From: Sanchytrium tribonematis
Lineage: Eukaryota
Reading direction: 5' to 3'
Length of the DNA stretch: 36,011 nucleotides
NCBI GenBank assembly: GCA_018985235.1
Contig: JADGIG010000035.1
Location: forward strand, 1 to 36,011
The notes under the pieces were generated by a model that was not told where the DNA came from, ran no database searches, and saw only the letters and a program-made list of their open reading frames with translations. How positions within the stretch are numbered: the stretch's first letter is position 1; every line of letters starts with the position of its first letter. Both the position numbers and the translations under genes were made by a program. Of the stretch, positions 1 to 10,265 are shown one piece after another.

Positions 1-3000
1 ACTTTGCATATACCCGGAACACAATTTGGCTTTAATGGGCCAGTACGTGCATGCACTGAATGCTTTCGTAATTTGCCTAAACCTGTAATACCCCCTGGAC
101 TACAACCAGTCTCACTACATAGAAATTCATCTGTTGAGACATTTGACGTATATAGCGATTCAAGTGACAGTGACTCCGAACCATTTTTAAGTTTTAAAAA
201 TGTGAACGAGCCGGAGATTATTAATTATGAATTACAATTAAGAAGATCCGCTTCTACAAGATCAAATATGTCCTTGAGAAGACGTAGTGTCAGTTCAAAT
301 TCTTCGATTATAGACACCAGTGATACGGCAGATCAATCAACTGCAAACCATTTGATGGATTTAAGTTTACAAATATTTCAAAATGAATACCTTGATGCTA
401 AAATTGCAAGCGAAATTGGCTGGCATGCGTCAAAAATGGTCGACCTTCCAGATATTACAGACGTTAGGGAAGTAATTAAAATTAAAACCTTACGAGGATT
501 ATTTTCGCAAAGTCAAGTCATCGATGGCTATGTATTTACCAAATTTATAGCTCATAACAAGATGGAAACCTCATTTGTGTCTCCAAGAATACTTTTGGTT
601 GCTTTCCCCCTTCATTTTTACAAAAAGGAATTTACTAGTCTTGATAATTTATTGAATTTAGAAAAAGAATTTTTGACAAAATTGGTTAATAGAATATGTA
701 ATTTGAACCCGAATGTACTGATATGTGGTGATACTGTTAGTCGATTGGTTGTAGAGATGCTTTTAGTTCGAAATATAACTCTTATTTACAAAGTCAAGTC
801 GAAGGTTATGAAGGATATTGCCAGAACTACCAATGCTGATATAATTACAAGCATTGATAGGTTAGCATTGAATCCGAAAGTAGGAATGTGCGGGTCTTTC
901 AATGTTGAATATGTACTAGATTATAAAACAAACCAAAGAAAGTCTCATATCTTTTTAAAACATTGTAAACAAGGAAGTGGACTAACCATTTTACTATATA
1001 CACAAAAAGAAAATACTCATGAAGTTAAGCAAAATCTTAAATTTTTAACATTAGCTGCATATTCATTAAGACTTGAAAAGTCAATCTTGCTTGATATGCA
1101 GTCACATTATAAGCATATCCAGCATGAGGAGGTCGTCATGTCTCCAAGTGACAATTTGATTTTGGACAATAGCAGCTCCACGTTATTAAATATCACCACC
1201 ACAATTGAAGAAAATGAAGCGAAGGAATTATTTTTTAAATTGAATGATAAAATACAATCAATAAGTGATAAAATCCTATCCACAAGCCCTGATATATCCT
1301 TCGGAGTCCCAAATCTCTTAAATCAATATAAGAGAGACTTGGAAGAGCTCATTTTACTATTTGAAATTAAAAATGAAGATGAGCTCGTAATTTTTGCGAA
1401 AAAGTATGACCGATTAAAATGTAACATTTTATCGGTGTTGGACATGGACTTTAAATTAAGCCCGTTGGAGCATCAACAAATATATGTACTCTACACCACC
1501 CTAGACAAGAAAATTCATCACAAAGTACCAGAGTTACTCCATATAGATTACTTTTCATTAACAGATACTTGCTTAGGACAGTATATCGAAGATTTGGTTT
1601 ACGAGGCCAAATCTTCAAATGAAATGCCCATAAAATCTTATGCGCACAATACCTGCAAATTTGTTATATCAGTCGAAAATCACGATGATGGTAGCAGTAC
1701 GAACGCAATATTGATGTGGACTGAGTGTAAAGAATGCCATTCTGCTAGTATGAAAACAATTATGAATGATTTAACATGGAAATTTTCATTTGGGAAATTT
1801 TTAGAATTGAATTTTTATAATCGAAATGTGTATAGTGTTTGCGAACATAATGTATTTCAGTACCACACTAAAAAATTCCTATTTGAAAAACATTTGGTTC
1901 AATGTAAGATTGAGAAAATTCAGGCTAGCAGAGTTGAAATACCTGACATTAGACCAAAACTGAATTTGCTGGATCATTATAAGCTTAAAAATGAAGAAAC
2001 GGATTTTATGAGAGAGAAGATTACATTGTTTTACAACAATCTTCAAGAAAAATTAAAGTCGCAACTAATCATTCTTATGGAAGTCATTGACAATCGATTT
2101 ATAGAGCAAACTCAAAAGGAATTTGCTGATTTGCACAACAAATTGCAGGTTGAAAATGCGAATACCATGAAAGAGCTTCAAAATATTTATATCAGTTCTG
2201 AGGTAAGTGATGTTTTGACTATTTCTAAATTTATTTTTCGCCTAAATTCCTTATATAATGATTGGAATCAAACAATACAGACGCTGACAAAATACTTACT
2301 GCCTGATTCTAAGAAAACAACTAATCTTCCCAACGTGATCAAAATTATCCAGGATTCCAAAGACATGTACCTGCCCAGCCCAACCACTCAGCAAAAGTAT
2401 GCTATCAGACATGACACATTCTTTAGAAATCCGTTAATTCATGTTACCGACACACTAGAACCAGTTAAAATATTTAATGAAACCACAGAACCAAAATCAA
2501 ACGAAGTGATTGTGTTTCCACAGCTTAAGCAAAGTCCTTCAAATTCATTTCTAGAGAGTGAAGCTTTGGAAGGATTAGAGGAAGACATATTGAATTCTGT
2601 ATCCAGTCTCATACAAAACTCTTCCATTACTGATGTCAAGAAAAGAAAATTCTCATTGAAACACAATTTAATGGAGTCTCTTGAGAGCACCTTTATCGAT
2701 TTCCCAATTATCGGTAGTCTAATACCTGGGGATGAAAAGAAAGTTGAAAAGGAGTCTTTGACTGTTTTGACCAAAGCTCCCACCATTCTCACTCAAGATT
2801 TGGATGATTTTCTGTTACCTACTGAATATTTTAATCCGAATTCCCCAATTGTCATCAAGGATTATGAAATTAGTAGCACAATAGCATTTGGAATCAGTCA
2901 TAAACAATACAAAGATCAATTGGTCAACATCCCCGATAAATTTGAAAATGATTTGAAGGATTTTCAAAATATGATGGCCTCACATTCCGAATTAAAGGAA

Positions 3001-3948
3001 GATATCGAGATTGACTCTGCTGATAGATACGACGACAAAATTTATCAACAACATCATGCAAAGATTGTTGAGCAAGATTCTAAAGTTAAACTCGAATTGA
3101 CTTGTTATTACGCAAAACAATTTAAAAATGTGCGCACTAATTGTGAAATCAACACTTGGTATATTGTTTCTTTACTAAAATGCACAGAATTTAAAAATAG
3201 TGGTGGGAAAAGTAAGAGTTGGTTTATGAAAACTGCTGATGATAGATTTATTATTAAGAGTTTACCCCGACAAGAATTTGACGCTTTCTTAGGATTTGCT
3301 CCGTTTTATTTTGAGTATATGAATCGCGCAACATTTTATTCGTTGCCTACTATTCTTGCAAAGATTTTTGGATGTTACAAAATCAATTATAGAAATAATC
3401 AAACCGGTCATACAGTGAAGATGGACGTTATAGTTATGGAAAATATATTTTACAATCAAAAGATCTCGAAAATTTATGATTTGAAAGGAAGTTCAAGAAA
3501 TAGGCACAAAGATAGCACCGGGAATCAAAGTGAAGTTTTATATGACGAAAATTTATTAGAGCATTATTTTGATAGTCCTCTGAATATAAGGGAACATGCA
3601 AAAAGAGTCCTTCGGGCTTCTATCTGGAATGACACCCTATTTTTAGGAAGTCAAAATGTAATGGATTATTCTATTTTAGTAGGGATAGTCCAGGACACCA
3701 ATGACCTAGTGGTTGGTATTGTTGATTTTATTAGAACTTATACATGGGATAAGCGATTAGAGACCGTTTTTAAAGAGAAAGGCGGAAGTTTAATTGGCGA
3801 AAATCGGGAACCAACAATCATTAGCCCAAAGCAATACAAGAAAAGATTTCGAGAATGTATTGAAAAGTATTTTCTGCTTTTGCCGGATAAATTTTGCAAC
3901 TCGAGGCTTCAAAAGAAAATCTCACTTCAACAAACTGAAAATGAGTAA
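1..3948 (+). CDS. FAB1: Fab1/PIKfyve phosphatidylinositol-3-phosphate 5-kinase (5' end outside the window)
   Basis: Frame is open from base 1. It has the tail of a FYVE finger (VRACTEC), a CCT/TCP1-like domain (IKIKTLRG, VFTKFIAHNKM, PRILL), a Cys-rich region (TWKFSFGKFLEL) and a C-terminal PIPK domain (GGKSKSWF, DDRFIIK, YDLKGS, MDYSILVG, GIVDFIRTYTWDK, PTIISPKQYKKRF). Confidence 0.95.
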   Translation, partial: TLHIPGTQFGFNGPVRACTECFRNLPKPVIPPGLQPVSLHRNSSVETFDVYSDSSDSDSEPFLSFKNVNEPEIINYELQLRRSASTRSNMSLRRRSVSSNSSIIDTSDTADQSTANHLMDLSLQIFQNEYLDAKIASEIGWHASKMVDLPDITDVREVIKIKTLRGLFSQSQVIDGYVFTKFIAHNKMETSFVSPRILLVAFPLHFYKKEFTSLDNLLNLEKEFLTKLVNRICNLNPNVLICGDTVSRLVVEMLLVRNITLIYKVKSKVMKDIARTTNADIITSIDRLALNPKVGMCGSFNVEYVLDYKTNQRKSHIFLKHCKQGSGLTILLYTQKENTHEVKQNLKFLTLAAYSLRLEKSILLDMQSHYKHIQHEEVVMSPSDNLILDNSSSTLLNITTTIEENEAKELFFKLNDKIQSISDKILSTSPDISFGVPNLLNQYKRDLEELILLFEIKNEDELVIFAKKYDRLKCNILSVLDMDFKLSPLEHQQIYVLYTTLDKKIHHKVPELLHIDYFSLTDTCLGQYIEDLVYEAKSSNEMPIKSYAHNTCKFVISVENHDDGSSTNAILMWTECKECHSASMKTIMNDLTWKFSFGKFLELNFYNRNVYSVCEHNVFQYHTKKFLFEKHLVQCKIEKIQASRVEIPDIRPKLNLLDHYKLKNEETDFMREKITLFYNNLQEKLKSQLIILMEVIDNRFIEQTQKEFADLHNKLQVENANTMKELQNIYISSEVSDVLTISKFIFRLNSLYNDWNQTIQTLTKYLLPDSKKTTNLPNVIKIIQDSKDMYLPSPTTQQKYAIRHDTFFRNPLIHVTDTLEPVKIFNETTEPKSNEVIVFPQLKQSPSNSFLESEALEGLEEDILNSVSSLIQNSSITDVKKRKFSLKHNLMESLESTFIDFPIIGSLIPGDEKKVEKESLTVLTKAPTILTQDLDDFLLPTEYFNPNSPIVIKDYEISSTIAFGISHKQYKDQLVNIPDKFENDLKDFQNMMASHSELKEDIEIDSADRYDDKIYQQHHAKIVEQDSKVKLELTCYYAKQFKNVRTNCEINTWYIVSLLKCTEFKNSGGKSKSWFMKTADDRFIIKSLPRQEFDAFLGFAPFYFEYMNRATFYSLPTILAKIFGCYKINYRNNQTGHTVKMDVIVMENIFYNQKISKIYDLKGSSRNRHKDSTGNQSEVLYDENLLEHYFDSPLNIREHAKRVLRASIWNDTLFLGSQNVMDYSILVGIVQDTNDLVVGIVDFIRTYTWDKRLETVFKEKGGSLIGENREPTIISPKQYKKRFRECIEKYFLLLPDKFCNSRLQKKISLQQTENE

Positions 3949-4008
3949 ATTTTGTTTCTAGATTGTAATCAGCCCCTATTATACACCGTCCAGGACTCTA
4001 CACTAATT

Positions 4009-4016
4009 TGATTGGT
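4009..4016 (-). promoter_or_regulatory. CCAAT box (ACCAATCA) about 55 bp upstream of the ATG at 4071
   Basis: tgattggt on the + strand; the same motif recurs at a similar distance in several promoters in this window. Confidence 0.45.
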
Positions 4017-4070
4017 GTAAAGTCAATTTTGTAGCACACTTAAATATACGCAATTGGATTTTTAAGGGAA

Positions 4071-4400
4071 ATGGAATACTCAAGTTTGCTAAAATCTAAA
4101 CCGAGTGAACCAAAATATAAATTGGTGAGATCTACATCAAATTTAAGAAGCTGCAACATTGATAAAGCTTTGGGAATTTTCATGATATTAGTGGGAATTG
4201 CATTTTTGTATTTAGAAAATTCATCTGGAGCTCTTATATTGATTGCTGGAATTTTAGTTTATTTATTCAAGGATTTATTCACATTTCTAAAATCCTCAAC
4301 AATTGAAGAAGTTCCACTGAATGCGGTGCCAGAAACCGTTGACTCCAACAAAACTACGTTGAGACAAAGAAGTCCTGGATCTGATTTGGCGTTGGACTAG
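4071..4400 (+). CDS. Small membrane protein (two hydrophobic helices), function unknown
   Basis: 109-aa ATG ORF with two adjacent hydrophobic segments, AATAAA directly after the stop and a CCAAT box upstream. Confidence 0.65.
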   Translation: MEYSSLLKSKPSEPKYKLVRSTSNLRSCNIDKALGIFMILVGIAFLYLENSSGALILIAGILVYLFKDLFTFLKSSTIEEVPLNAVPETVDSNKTTLRQRSPGSDLALD

Positions 4401-4548
4401 AATAAAATCATTTATTTAAATATACTGTAATTATAATCCTCAACTAATGCCAAATTGCTACTCTATATCCCTTTCCCATCCGTAGAATTCCGTATATTCT
4501 ATATAAGGCGATGGAAGAAGAGCTTCCTCAAAGATCCAAAAAAAGATT

Positions 4549-5871
4549 ATGTTTCAAAGTTTCAAGCAATTTTCAACCACTTTGAATAGGCCAAAACCAA
4601 GTAGAAAAGCGGAACTCAACTTACGACTGAAAAGCATGAGTGATTCTTTCATTCAGCAGTTTATATTTTTAAAGTCCGACCCGTTTACTAGAGAATTGTA
4701 TTCTGGGCAGTATAATCAAGTTCGAATCGGAAAATTATTAGAAAATCTGGATGCCTTGGCAGCAGCAGTGAGTTACCGTCATTTAGATGATGGCGTTATT
4801 ATGAAATCGCAAGACATGGTTATTTCAATCGTAACAGCATCAGTCGATAGAATCGACTTGCAAACAATGCCTAGTTTTAAATATGACATGAAAATATACG
4901 GAAACGTTACTTATGTTGGTCATTCTAGCATGGAAATTACCTTGAAAATAGTTCATGTTGTTTATGATAAAAACTATAAATTACCAGATTTGTCAATTTT
5001 TGACGAGACAAGTATCCCAATTTATACTGCGGCATCTCCTGAAAGTAGTGATATTTTAACCAGAGTTTATATAGACAGTGGAAACAAGTCTGTAGAAGAC
5101 TTAAATAACAACATCGTGAAAGAAATAAAAGTAATGGAGGCAAAATTTTGCATGGTTGCACGATGCGGGTTTTCCGGGATCTCCGTTCAAGTCCATCCTC
5201 TAAAATTGGAAAACGAAATCGAGCATAGTACTTATAATAAAGGAGCCAAATTAAGGCAAGTCAAGAAAGTTCAAAATCAATTGTCACTTGTCAAGCAACC
5301 TCCAACATCTGATGAGCTTGAACACATACATAATTTGTTTATTACGCAATTAAATGGAGACACACTTCATGGTCTTCCACAGCCTTTAAATGGTATGTTT
5401 ATGTCTGAGACTGGTTTGGAAACAACTTTGCAAATGCAATCTCAAGACAGAAATGTACACAATTTCATATTTGGTGGGTATTTACTTAAAACAGCATATG
5501 AACTGGCTCTATGTACGTCACTACTGTACACCAAAAGTCAAATGGTTGATTTTATGGCTATGGATGATGTTTGGTTTAGAAGACCAGTCCCTGTGGGAAG
5601 TATTGTTCAATTCCAATCAAAGGTCATTTACAGTGTCTTACCAAAAGACAAGTCTTCCATTCCTAATCCCTGGAAAGATACATTTATTGTCCAAGTTATT
5701 GCAAATGTGATGATAAAGAACAAATTTGACACCTCAAATGTGTTTTTGTTTACATTTAAACCATCCGATATTGTGGATTTAAAATACATAATACCAAACA
5801 CCTACCAAGAAAGTATGCTTTATTTAACTGGAAAACGAACTTTTGATCAAGGAATAAGAAATCAATTTTGA
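4549..5871 (+). CDS. Acyl-CoA thioesterase, ACOT9-like double hotdog fold, probably mitochondrial
   Basis: Motifs RIGKLLENLDALAAAVSYRH, IVTASVDRI, YVGHSSMEI, QDRNVHNFIFGGYLLKTAYELA and FRRPVPVGS; basic N-terminus. Confidence 0.88.
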   Translation: MFQSFKQFSTTLNRPKPSRKAELNLRLKSMSDSFIQQFIFLKSDPFTRELYSGQYNQVRIGKLLENLDALAAAVSYRHLDDGVIMKSQDMVISIVTASVDRIDLQTMPSFKYDMKIYGNVTYVGHSSMEITLKIVHVVYDKNYKLPDLSIFDETSIPIYTAASPESSDILTRVYIDSGNKSVEDLNNNIVKEIKVMEAKFCMVARCGFSGISVQVHPLKLENEIEHSTYNKGAKLRQVKKVQNQLSLVKQPPTSDELEHIHNLFITQLNGDTLHGLPQPLNGMFMSETGLETTLQMQSQDRNVHNFIFGGYLLKTAYELALCTSLLYTKSQMVDFMAMDDVWFRRPVPVGSIVQFQSKVIYSVLPKDKSSIPNPWKDTFIVQVIANVMIKNKFDTSNVFLFTFKPSDIVDLKYIIPNTYQESMLYLTGKRTFDQGIRNQF

Positions 5872-5876
5872 ATAAA

Positions 5877-6905
5877 TCAACCCCAAATTCTTATAAATAT
5901 TAAATGCTCAACTATCATGAGTACTACAAATAAGCTTGTTATAACAATTAAAAATGTTGTAAATGAGGTGAATAGATATCCACAAGTCATTGTAAATATT
6001 CCTAAAATCACTCTCAAAATTAATTTGATCCTTTTACCCGGCTCAATATCCAAGCAATTCGCAATGCTTGTGCAAAATAGCATTCCACTGATGCTAACAA
6101 TACTGTAGGTCTGATTTTCTCCAAAAAGAGACATAAAAAAATTAAGTAGTAAATGGACCACAATCCAAATAAACCGATAACTAAATTTAGTTTCCACTCT
6201 GTCTAGTTTCGTGCAGTAGTAGTAGTTGTGCCAAAATGCAAATATCAATATGCAATACAAAATATTTAGTCCAACATCTTGAACTTGAAAAGATTCTCCA
6301 AAATAATTGATTTTGGTCACTATTGAGAATAATCCCATTCCTAGCAAACTGATTGTAAACAAGCTAAATTTTTCATTAAAATAGCCAAAACTGGTAGGTA
6401 TGTCGCAACTGAGTGCATAAACACTTGCTAGTTTTTCCAAAATAGTCCCTACTCCCCAATAATAAAGTCGGTTTGGATTGTCAATCGATATTCCCCAAAG
6501 AACAAATTCGACTAAACATGCAATAAATAATGGTATAAGTGAGATTAAATGTTTTCTTCTGTAAAAAAATATAGTCACAAAAAAAGGGAAAACCAAAATC
6601 AGCTTCGTTAATATAAACAATATGGTGACAGTCAACGGATCTATTGAATCAAATGGAGAGATGGAAGACAAAAATAATAAATTCGTGATATGCATTGCTG
6701 TATCTATAAATGGGTGCATTATATACCTAGAAGTTAATAATAGCTGAGCAAACCACAATTGGTGATATATTGCATAATTGATGACGTAAGTGATACTCAC
6801 GACTTTAAGCTGATATATAGATAATGAGACTGCAAAAATATTGATGAGCTGTAGCCAGTTGGAATAAATATGACTTCGAGTAAAATTTTTAGTGAGGGGA
6901 ATCAT
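5877..6905 (-). CDS. Polytopic membrane protein, LtrA (low temperature requirement A)-like
   Basis: Many hydrophobic helices. SNWLQLINIF and YFNEKFSLFTISLLG resemble the LtrA motifs WLELFFDL and ERFGLFTIIVLGE, but are divergent. Confidence 0.5.
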   Translation of the reverse strand: MIPLTKNFTRSHIYSNWLQLINIFAVSLSIYQLKVVSITYVINYAIYHQLWFAQLLLTSRYIMHPFIDTAMHITNLLFLSSISPFDSIDPLTVTILFILTKLILVFPFFVTIFFYRRKHLISLIPLFIACLVEFVLWGISIDNPNRLYYWGVGTILEKLASVYALSCDIPTSFGYFNEKFSLFTISLLGMGLFSIVTKINYFGESFQVQDVGLNILYCILIFAFWHNYYYCTKLDRVETKFSYRFIWIVVHLLLNFFMSLFGENQTYSIVSISGMLFCTSIANCLDIEPGKRIKLILRVILGIFTMTCGYLFTSFTTFLIVITSLFVVLMIVEHLIFIRIWG

Positions 6906-6961
6906 TTGTCTGAGACTTTGTGATTGAGTTTAAAAATTATCGAATTATGTTACACAAAAAA

Positions 6962-8161
6962 TCAATATTTATTTCGAATTACATAGTCATATTTGCAGCT
7001 ACAATGAACTTGGACAATATTATAGAAAGAAGTGGAGTGCCGCTTTGCATTGTAAAAAGCTTGCAAATATCTAGATCGATTTTGTGGAAAAGGTTCGCTG
7101 GCATAAGGGGTATGTTCCCACAAAATGTGAGCTTCCAGCATCTTTTGAACAGTCTGCTGCAAATTGAATTGAGAATTTCCATTAATGTAAGAGGCACACA
7201 ATGTTGAGTCGTCCCGAATCCGAAGCCCGTTAGCAGACATAGCTGCAGATAATTGGTCAGCTCGTCTTTGCCCAGCTTCTACTTCTCGACGATACTGCTC
7301 TTCTCTTATTGGAGCCTCTGCCTCCCATTGCAGTCTTTGGCGTTCCAATTCTTCTTGCATCAAGGCCATTTTTTCTTGCCTCTTTATTTCATTGATTGCT
7401 TGCCGTTTTTCCCTATTTTTCTTTTTCTTTTCCAATTGCTCGGGAGAATATTTTTCTTCGACTAATCTTTTTAAAGTAAAATAACACATATAGTATTTAA
7501 ATCCGTACATTTGATTATAAGCTTTTGCGAACTTGACAAGGCCGGAATCTCTCCATTTTTTTATACATGGTCCAGTAACATTCAGCTTTACAATTGCATC
7601 TTTTTGCATTATAACCCCACCCTTTTCAGGATTCTTGAGACACTTTTGACATAGCCGCTTTTTTACATCTATTGGGTTTTCTTTGGAAGTTTTTGATTTA
7701 CAACCAAAAGCACCACACCTTCCCATATCGCTTTTTATTTCTTCAAAATCGACTAAATCTGAGATAAATTCTCTTAATTTTGAATTAAGGATACTCAAAC
7801 GAACCAGAGCCAATTTAGACTTTTTATCATGAATATTATCATAAATATGATTGATGATGATTCTCCAAAGTTCTTCCGGAAAACCTTTAAATTCACCATA
7901 TTTGTCTGTATCATACATTTCCATCTTTGCCTTCTTAGATTTTCTATTTGTTAAAGCTGTTCTTTTTGTAGGCTTGGGATATATAGACAGTTTACTTGTC
8001 TTTTTATGTGATATGTCGATTTGAAGATCAAAATTCTTCGCAGAACCTGTCAAGTCAATTGCTTCATCTCTTATTTCCGGTGTTAATTCAAATTTTGCAT
8101 TTTTTGCCAAACTATCCTCATTGTAGTATATTTTTTTAACATTTCTTCGCGGTCTTGACAT
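6962..8161 (-). CDS. F-box-like protein with Cys cluster, coiled coil and C-terminal LRxDSxLCxxYI domain
   Basis: F-box-like FPEELWRIIINHI, CGAFGC...LCQKC, a charged coiled coil, and LRIRDDSTLCASYING...HILWEHTPY. Confidence 0.6.
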   Translation of the reverse strand: MSRPRRNVKKIYYNEDSLAKNAKFELTPEIRDEAIDLTGSAKNFDLQIDISHKKTSKLSIYPKPTKRTALTNRKSKKAKMEMYDTDKYGEFKGFPEELWRIIINHIYDNIHDKKSKLALVRLSILNSKLREFISDLVDFEEIKSDMGRCGAFGCKSKTSKENPIDVKKRLCQKCLKNPEKGGVIMQKDAIVKLNVTGPCIKKWRDSGLVKFAKAYNQMYGFKYYMCYFTLKRLVEEKYSPEQLEKKKKNREKRQAINEIKRQEKMALMQEELERQRLQWEAEAPIREEQYRREVEAGQRRADQLSAAMSANGLRIRDDSTLCASYINGNSQFNLQQTVQKMLEAHILWEHTPYASEPFPQNRSRYLQAFYNAKRHSTSFYNIVQVHCSCKYDYVIRNKY

Positions 8162-8567
8162 TTTCCTTGTTTTACAATTAGCTCCTCTAAAGCATCGTTA
8201 GCAATACGTCCATCAATTGCAATATTGAATAAATGTTTAGGTATCAGGATAACTACCTGATTTTGAAATAAATGTAATTTTAATCTAAATTAGGATATCA
8301 AAATTTTCGACCGAGCATTATCAAACCATGATAAACTGATTTATAATTGCTTAAATTGTGCGAGAATTGTAAGCTTTGATCACCTGTTTCTGTAACATTT
8401 TAGTCACGAGGGACGGGATGGCGCTCTAATCGCAATTCACCATTCTATTGGCAGTCTATTCAGGCCCTATAATGCGGCGCTGAGGCTTGGTTCTCGTCGC
8501 TTATACATACACAAGACACAAAATGGATTCTTCAATTTCCCTGTCAAGGAGCTGAAACCCTTGATTC

Positions 8568-10259
8568 ATGTCAATCCAACCAACGCGTGAAAGATCCGAA
8601 ACCGAGCTGGCAGCAAGTCTTTCAGCTTATTTTAGGCTGAAAAACAAGCCCTTGGCAAGTCCAAAATTAAATAATGTTACCGTTTCTTTACCCAAGCTAT
8701 ATTTTCAAGTATCAAATTTAGGCGGCTACGAGCACTGTAGTTGGGAAAACTGCTCCATAGGCATGATGGGAGAGCCAAAATACGCTTTAGATATTAAGAA
8801 AATTTATGATGAACATTTGGCTGATTTTGAGGAACAGTTGAAGAAAAAAGATCCATTGGATGTATTTTACACTGAAAGTGAAGTTTTTAAAGCTAGAAGT
8901 TACAAACCATTTGATGGAAATATGATACTAGATAGGTATGGTCCACTTCCACTGAAAGAATTAAATGCGTTTTTAGTAAGCCGGAATTATGGATTTAATT
9001 TTATGATGCAAGACAGATTATCCAACATGTTGCGACCAATCAATGATCCAGCAAAGGTTGCCATAATGTCAGATCTGGGTATAATAGACACTCTAACAAT
9101 TTTGAAAATGTTGGAAAGTGGAATATCAGACGAAATTCGAGAGGCACTTGCAATTATTAATCTTTGTTCACTCGAGCCAAATATTGATATTTATTGGGTG
9201 GAAAATCCAGAACTATTTAAGTATATAATGCAATTATTAAAAGATTATACCACAGATATAGAGAATGGAAACACCAAGAGTTGGCCATTTATAGTTACTA
9301 TAGTCACAACCTTTTCAAATATATCTAATAGAAAAGAATTACATAAGTGGCTTGTCGCGACTGATTTGCTGGATACCGTCTTAAAACTATCTTCACAAAT
9401 TCTATACTTTTTACAATATAATCTTAAGAAACAGATATTCATAGATTTAGACCATAGGCAGAGGGCAGAATTAAAGCTTGAGTATTCTTTTGAACTTCTT
9501 CATGAAATCATTAATTTGTTGTATCAAACTAGTTGTATAGCTAGTCAGCTGTGTTGTAATATTCCTCTGAGTCCAAGTAGAATCTGTTCTTTATTTATGC
9601 TGCTTTCGTTCGGACAGCTTCGGATATTTGAAGATTATTTGGTAGAATCCAGTCTTCAAAATTTGGGGGCCTCTTACATTCTAAGTTTCTTGGAAGAGAC
9701 AAACAAAAATATGCTATTTACTTACGGGAACCTGTTGATACTGCACGAAAATGTGCAATGTCTAAATGCAATACTATCAAAATGCAAACAAGCAGAACTA
9801 TTTTCAAAGTTTCTATTTGAAATTACAAAGTTTTTCCCTATCAACGATACGACAAGCATATCGGATAAATTGACTGAAAGATATTTTGAAATACATTGCT
9901 TCCACCGTTTGATATGCAAAGAGTTGTTAACACTAGTAGAATTTCAGGATTTTTTTAATTTGACCAAGTTGGTTCAACAATTAACTTGTTTAATTGTTCA
10001 ATCCTGCCCACATGCATCATTTAGCTCTATTCAAGATAAAGCATTATTTATTATCAGAAACATCACAATGTGGGCATCCACTCGCATAAAAAATAATACA
10101 AATAGTCCGAGGATAGTGAAGCCATTAAATCCATTATTTTTGAATTGGGAATTAGTTGAATCTTGGTTATTAGAGATTCTTAGTGACTCACGAATCATTC
10201 ACAAACGCAAAGCCTTGCCACTTTTATCAATCATATCGAAGCTCAATATGAGCCAGTAA
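8568..10259 (+). CDS. ARID-domain SWI/SNF subunit, Swi1/ARID1-like
   Basis: N-terminal ARID (LPKLYFQVSNLGGY...W...IKKIYDEHLADFE). DLGIIDTLTILKMLESGISDEIREAL resembles the start of the Swi1/BAF250 C-terminal helical domain. Confidence 0.7.
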   Translation: MSIQPTRERSETELAASLSAYFRLKNKPLASPKLNNVTVSLPKLYFQVSNLGGYEHCSWENCSIGMMGEPKYALDIKKIYDEHLADFEEQLKKKDPLDVFYTESEVFKARSYKPFDGNMILDRYGPLPLKELNAFLVSRNYGFNFMMQDRLSNMLRPINDPAKVAIMSDLGIIDTLTILKMLESGISDEIREALAIINLCSLEPNIDIYWVENPELFKYIMQLLKDYTTDIENGNTKSWPFIVTIVTTFSNISNRKELHKWLVATDLLDTVLKLSSQILYFLQYNLKKQIFIDLDHRQRAELKLEYSFELLHEIINLLYQTSCIASQLCCNIPLSPSRICSLFMLLSFGQLRIFEDYLVESSLQNLGASYILSFLEETNKNMLFTYGNLLILHENVQCLNAILSKCKQAELFSKFLFEITKFFPINDTTSISDKLTERYFEIHCFHRLICKELLTLVEFQDFFNLTKLVQQLTCLIVQSCPHASFSSIQDKALFIIRNITMWASTRIKNNTNSPRIVKPLNPLFLNWELVESWLLEILSDSRIIHKRKALPLLSIISKLNMSQ

Positions 10260-10265
10260 ATTGTT

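Noticed and set aside
4511..4585. Upstream ATG ORF overlapping the thioesterase start as an extra exon
   Set aside because: No intron matching the GTA...TTAG pattern links it, and the 4549 start already gives a plausible targeting peptide.
8404..8570. TPP riboswitch, tRNA or SECIS in the GC-rich leader
   Set aside because: Only a bare CTGAG is present; there is no TPP junction consensus, cloverleaf, T-loop or SECIS quartet.
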